Part shown: piece after piece, positions 59,937 to 64,000 of the stretch
Position numbering within the stretch: position 1 is the stretch's first letter
Layout of the letters: each line of letters starts with the position of its first letter
DNA from: an uncultured Candidatus Rokubacteria bacterium
GTDB taxonomy: Bacteria; Methylomirabilota; Methylomirabilia; Rokubacteriales; DASRDR01
NCBI GenBank assembly: GCA_963708025.1
Contig: CAVPSB010000013.1
Location: forward strand, 608,001-672,000
Direction: 5' to 3'
DNA: 64,000 bases
Position numbers and translations under genes: made by a program
The notes under the pieces: generated by a model
What the model saw: only the letters and a program-made list of their open reading frames with translations
The model's database searches: none
What the model was told of the DNA's origin: nothing

Positions 59937-60014
59937 GTCGCCGGGAGGACCGGGAGACCGGCGATGACCCCACGGCTCCAGCCCGCACGTCGGACGGGCC
60001 GTAGGGAGGCACGC

Positions 60015-60710
60015 ATGCCGAAGCTCACGCTGTTCCTGGAGCGCAAGCAGCTGCAGGTTTACGACCTCGACCGGGACGTGATCCGGATCGGACGGTCGGC
60101 GGGCCTGGAGATCGTGATCGACAACGTCTCGGTCTCTCGCCGGCAGGCCGAGATCTGGCAGGATGGCGGGGCGTGGAAGGTGGCCGATCTCGGGTCCGAG
60201 AACGGCACCCTGCTGAACGGCCAGCGGCTCGCCGAGCCCCAGCCGCTGCGGCCGGGGGACGAGATCTCGTTCGGGAAGTACTCCCTCTTCTTCGAGCGCA
60301 CGTTCACCGAGCCGAGCCCGAGGGGCGTGCCGGTCCCGCCCGCGAGTCCCGAGGAGGATCGCACGTTCCAGTTGCGGGCCGAGGACCTCGTGCGCCTCCA
60401 GCAGGCGGCGGCGCTCAAGCGGCGGGCCCAGCTCCAGTGGAAGGTGAAAGACCAGCGGGGCACGTACTACGTCGAAGGCGGTGGGGCGATCGTGGGCCGG
60501 TCGGCCCTGTGCGATCTCCGGGTACCGGCCGGAGGGCCGCCCCAGCACCTCGTGGTCCTGCGCGGCCCGAGCGGCTTCGAGATTCGAAACCTGTCGCGAT
60601 GGTACCGGATGCGCGTCAACGGGGAGCCGACGTCACGGGCCGCGCTCAAGAGCGGCGACACGATCGAAGTGGGGATGCTCCGGCTGACCTTCCTGGACGA
60701 GGTCCGCTAA
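60015..60710 (+). CDS. Tandem FHA domain protein
   Basis: IRIGRS...VSRRQA...DLGSENGTLLNG...GDEI; second degenerate FHA IVGRS...VNG...GDTI. Confidence 0.85.
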   Translation: MPKLTLFLERKQLQVYDLDRDVIRIGRSAGLEIVIDNVSVSRRQAEIWQDGGAWKVADLGSENGTLLNGQRLAEPQPLRPGDEISFGKYSLFFERTFTEPSPRGVPVPPASPEEDRTFQLRAEDLVRLQQAAALKRRAQLQWKVKDQRGTYYVEGGGAIVGRSALCDLRVPAGGPPQHLVVLRGPSGFEIRNLSRWYRMRVNGEPTSRAALKSGDTIEVGMLRLTFLDEVR

Positions 60711-60726
60711 GCCCTTCGGGGGGGTC

Positions 60727-61167
60727 TCAGCCGGTGTCGGCGGCGAGCCCGGCGGCCGCGATGCCGGCCAGCGCACAGGCTTCGTCCTGATCCGAGGTGT
60801 CGCCGGAGATCCCGACGGCGCCGATCACCAGTCCGCCGGCGTCGCGGATCAGCACGCCGCCCGCGGCCGGCACCACCCGTCCCCCGGACATGGCGTTGAG
60901 CGCGGCGAAGAACGCCTGCTGCTGACCCGGCTCGGCGACCCGGCGGGCCAGCGCCCGGGAGCCCACGCCCATCCCGAGCGCGCCCCAGGCCTTGCCCGTG
61001 GCGATCTGGGGGCGAACGATCCCCGCCCCGTCCTCCCGGGCGAACGCCTTCAGGTGCCCGCCGTCGTCGAGGACGGCCACCGCCAGCGGGGCGCAGCCCA
61101 GCTCCCGCGCCTTCCGGAGCGCCGCCTCCACCACGGTCGTCGCCTGCTCCAGCGTGATTCCCGCCAC
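60727..61167 (-). CDS. GlcG/HbpS-like heme-binding protein (cytoplasmic)
   Basis: AVAVLDDGG, IATGKA, GGVLI, IGAVGISGD, DE. Confidence 0.88.
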   Translation of the reverse strand: MAGITLEQATTVVEAALRKARELGCAPLAVAVLDDGGHLKAFAREDGAGIVRPQIATGKAWGALGMGVGSRALARRVAEPGQQQAFFAALNAMSGGRVVPAAGGVLIRDAGGLVIGAVGISGDTSDQDEACALAGIAAAGLAADTG

Positions 61168-61269
61168 GTCACCCTCCGCGCGAGCCACCGCTCTCGCGTC
61201 GCGGAACAGTAGCACTCCGCTTCCTTCCCGGTCAATCGCCGGCGTCAGTCCGGCGGCGGCAAGGCCGTG

Positions 61270-62260
61270 CTAGAGGCCGGCCCGGCTCTTTCCCTTCACC
61301 GCCCGGTTGACCACGTTGACCGGCCACTCCCCCGTCAGCACGCGGCGCACCTCGTTGGGCGCCCCCGCCTGCAACCCCACCAGCGCCTGCTCGCTGTACC
61401 AGGCCGCGTGGGGCGTGATGGTGACGTTCTCCCGGCCGCGCAGCGGGTGGGGGTCGGGGAGGGGCTCGGGGTCCGTCGTGTCGAGCGCACACCCCGCGAT
61501 CCGGCCGGCATCGAGCGCCCGGACGAGCGCCGCGGTGTCGAACGATGGGACCGCGGGAGCAGTTGATGAGAAAGGCGGTCGGCTTCATCTGGGAGAGGGC
61601 CGCGTCGTTCATCATCCCTCGCGTCTCGGGGGCGAGCGGCGGATGAAGGGAGACGAAGTCCGACGCCCGCAGCATCTCGAGGAACTCCTTCTTCTCGCCC
61701 GGCGCCTGGAACTGCCCCGCCGAGACGAACGGATCGTAGTACAGGACGCGCATCCCGAACCCGGCCGCCCGCACCGCCACCGCCCGGGCGATGTTCCCGA
61801 AGCCCACCAGCCCGAGCGTGCGTCCCGCCACACGGAACATGGGCTTGGCCGGCGGGACCTCCCAGCGGCCCTTTCGCACGAGCCGGTCATAGAACGCGAC
61901 CTTGCGCGCGCATGCGAGGAGGAGACTCATCGTGTGCTCGGCGACCTCCTCGATGCAGTAGGTCGGATTGTTGGTGACGATGATGCCGGCCTCGGTCGCC
62001 GCCACGAGGTCGATGGTGTCCACGCCGATCCCGTACCGGGCGATGATCCGGCACCGGGGCATCCGGGCCATCGCCGCGGCGGTGATGGGCCCGGCGTAGG
62101 TGTTGAGCAGGGCGTCGCAGTCCTCCGCCTCGGGGAGGAACTCCTCGGCCGTCCGGGTCTGGAGCGGCACGAGGGTGGCGAGGCCGTCGAGGATGTTCTT
62201 CTCGACGGCCAGCGACTCCCAGACGTAGTCGGTCAGGACCACTTTCGCGTTGCCCGCCAT
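61270..62260 (-). CDS. D-isomer-specific 2-hydroxyacid dehydrogenase (CtBP-like); frameshift near 61542
   Basis: RYGIGVD, GLVGFGNI, INCSRG; C-terminus ALDTTDPEP...ITPHAAWYS in another frame. Confidence 0.88.
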
Positions 62261-62373
62261 GTGCACGCCTCCGTCGGGCTCTCGCCACCGCCCGTGGACC
62301 GTCCCAGGAGAGGATGGCTCGGGGGCCACCCCGGTTTTTGGCCGGCGCCCCGCCGACCGGTATGATACGACGC

Positions 62374-63030
62374 ATGGAGCCGATCGCCGCCGTCAGGCCG
62401 GCGCGCCTGGTCAAGAGCTTCGCCCGGTCGGCGCTGGTCTCCGTCCCCGCCCAGGCCCTGCTCTGGTCGGCGATCCTCGCCCTGGCCGCGTCGCTCTACG
62501 CGCGCTCGGTCAGCGGGGGGAGCGTCTGGTCAACCGTGGCCGGCTGGTCGCTGGTCGGACTCTACGTGACGATCGGACTCGTGGGCGGGGCCCTGGCCGG
62601 GTTCGTCACCGCCGCCGCCGGGGCTCTCACGGCCTTCGAAGCCGATCTGCGCCTCTGGCTGCCCCAGCTCCCGAGCAGCCGCTTCGAGGAGACGCTCCCC
62701 ACCCTGCCGGTCCACGAGCTGCGGAGCCGCTACGAGCAGGTCATCGAGCGCGTGGTCCCGACGACGGTCCGCCGCATTCGCCTGCCGGGATTCGTTCATC
62801 GGTACTTTCGCGCCAGGCTCCGCTATGCGCTGTTCGAGGACTTCCTCACCGACTGCGAGCGGCGCGGCGCCGGAACCGTCGGCTTCGTCGAGGTCCGGGA
62901 CTGGCTGCTCTCCCGCGGCCTCACCCTCGCCACCGCCCCCGTCCACGCCCAGCTCCGGATGTGGCGCCTGATCCTGCGTGGCGCGCTCGTCCTCGTGGCC
63001 GCCGTCCCGCTCGTCCTCTGGCTCTTCTGA
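62374..63030 (+). CDS. Hypothetical membrane protein
   Basis: Two N-terminal and one C-terminal TM segments; TATGAT 7 nt upstream of the ATG. Confidence 0.7.
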   Translation: MEPIAAVRPARLVKSFARSALVSVPAQALLWSAILALAASLYARSVSGGSVWSTVAGWSLVGLYVTIGLVGGALAGFVTAAAGALTAFEADLRLWLPQLPSSRFEETLPTLPVHELRSRYEQVIERVVPTTVRRIRLPGFVHRYFRARLRYALFEDFLTDCERRGAGTVGFVEVRDWLLSRGLTLATAPVHAQLRMWRLILRGALVLVAAVPLVLWLF

Positions 63031-63039
63031 GAGCGTGTG

Positions 63040-63180
63040 AAGTAATGGGGTCATCCGACTCCCCCCTTCCCCCAGCCAAAGGCCGAAGGCCGTCCGACAG
63101 TGGGGGAGGGGGGCCAAAGGCCGAAGGCCGTCGAAGGATCGGGTGGGCGGGAGGTCCCGAATTGAGCTCCATCGACGGCT
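63040..63180. repeat. Composite intergenic repeat element between convergent genes
   Basis: 20-bp direct repeat GCCAAAGGCCGAAGGCCGTC (63075-63094, 63113-63132); end related to 13781-13815. Confidence 0.7.
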
Positions 63181-64000
63181 AGGGCTGGAGCAGCGCGGCC
63201 CGGCCGACCAGGGCGTTCTCGCGGAGGAGCCGGTGGGCCTCTTCGGCGCCCTCGAGCGGGAACTCGCGCGTCACGATCGCCCGGATCCGCCGCTGGCGGA
63301 GCAGCTCCAGGGTCTGGGCGATCTCGGCCAGCGAGACGTAGCGCGAGCCGTGGATCTCGAGCGCCCGCTCGAGCATCCACCGGGGATCGACCTGGAAGGT
63401 CGGGTCCGCCCCGAACACCTCGGTCGGGCGGTGGCCGATGATGACCAGCCGGCCGCTGCGGGCCAGGGCGCGGACGCCCGCCTCGAGCGTCTCCCGGGAG
63501 GCGACCGTGTCGATGACGGCGTCCACCCCCCGGCCATCGGTGAGGGCGAGCACCTGGCTCGCCAGGTCCCCGCGCCGGCCGTCGATCAGCGCGTCCGCCC
63601 CTACTGCCCGGGCCATCTCGAGCTTCGGGTCGGTGAGGTCGGCGGCCAGGACCCACCCGCCGCAGAGCCGGGCCATCTGGACCGCGTGGATCCCCACCCC
63701 GCCGCCCGCCCCCACGATCAGGACCCGGTCGCCCGGCCCGATCCGGGCCTCCTCGCGGCAGGCGTGCAGCGGCGTGCAGATCGCGTCGGCGCCGATGGCC
63801 GCCTCGAGGTCCGAGACCCCCGGCGGGATGGGGCACAGGTTCACGGCCGGGATCGCCATGTACTCGGCGTAGCCGCCGTCGCACGCCATCCCGACGTTGC
63901 CGCGGAAGGCCGGGCAGAGCGTCTCCCGGCCGCTGCGACAGTAGGGGCAGACCTTGCAGGTGAGGTAGAAGTGGCAGGTCACCCGGTCGCCGGCCTTGAC
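63179..64000 (-). CDS. Zinc-binding alcohol dehydrogenase (5' end outside the window)
   Basis: CKVCPYC...C structural Zn motif, GAGGGVG. Confidence 0.9.
   Translation of the reverse strand, partial: VKAGDRVTCHFYLTCKVCPYCRSGRETLCPAFRGNVGMACDGGYAEYMAIPAVNLCPIPPGVSDLEAAIGADAICTPLHACREEARIGPGDRVLIVGAGGGVGIHAVQMARLCGGWVLAADLTDPKLEMARAVGADALIDGRRGDLASQVLALTDGRGVDAVIDTVASRETLEAGVRALARSGRLVIIGHRPTEVFGADPTFQVDPRWMLERALEIHGSRYVSLAEIAQTLELLRQRRIRAIVTREFPLEGAEEAHRLLRENALVGRAALLQP

Noticed and set aside
63075-63132. Two 20-bp direct repeats as a mini-CRISPR
   Set aside because: Only two units, 18-bp spacer, no cas genes

Overview
Very GC-rich bacterial chromosomal segment. The gene content (many ABC_sub_bind and NitT/TauT binding proteins, TRAP/TTT/Dpp transporters, LLM, Gfo/Idh/MocA and GlcG paralogs) is reminiscent of Candidatus Rokubacteria/Methylomirabilota; this assignment is inference only. 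The window is mostly organic-solute uptake and catabolism: a TRAP cluster with a MetE-like enzyme and an acyl-CoA dehydrogenase, two Dpp/Opp systems, a NitT/TauT ABC operon, TctCBA, two molybdo-enzymes, a D-aminoacylase, an M24 peptidase with a minimal PEP-utilising enzyme, and a frameshifted vanadium-haloperoxidase-like gene. The strongest hidden feature is an OsmC-like gene (56039-56548) that the ORF track splits at an in-frame TGA. The TGA sits at the expected catalytic Cys position and is followed by a SECIS-like hairpin, so it is a probable selenoprotein; it lies between two paralogous Gfo/Idh/MocA dehydrogenases. The window also holds four toxin-antitoxin modules (only MazEF intact), several small palindromic or MITE-like elements abutting CTAG sites, two genes with large internal deletions, recognisable sigma70-type promoters (several apparently leaderless), and about ten single-base frameshifts that are probably sequencing or assembly errors. 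No rRNA, tRNA, CRISPR array or full transposase was seen.
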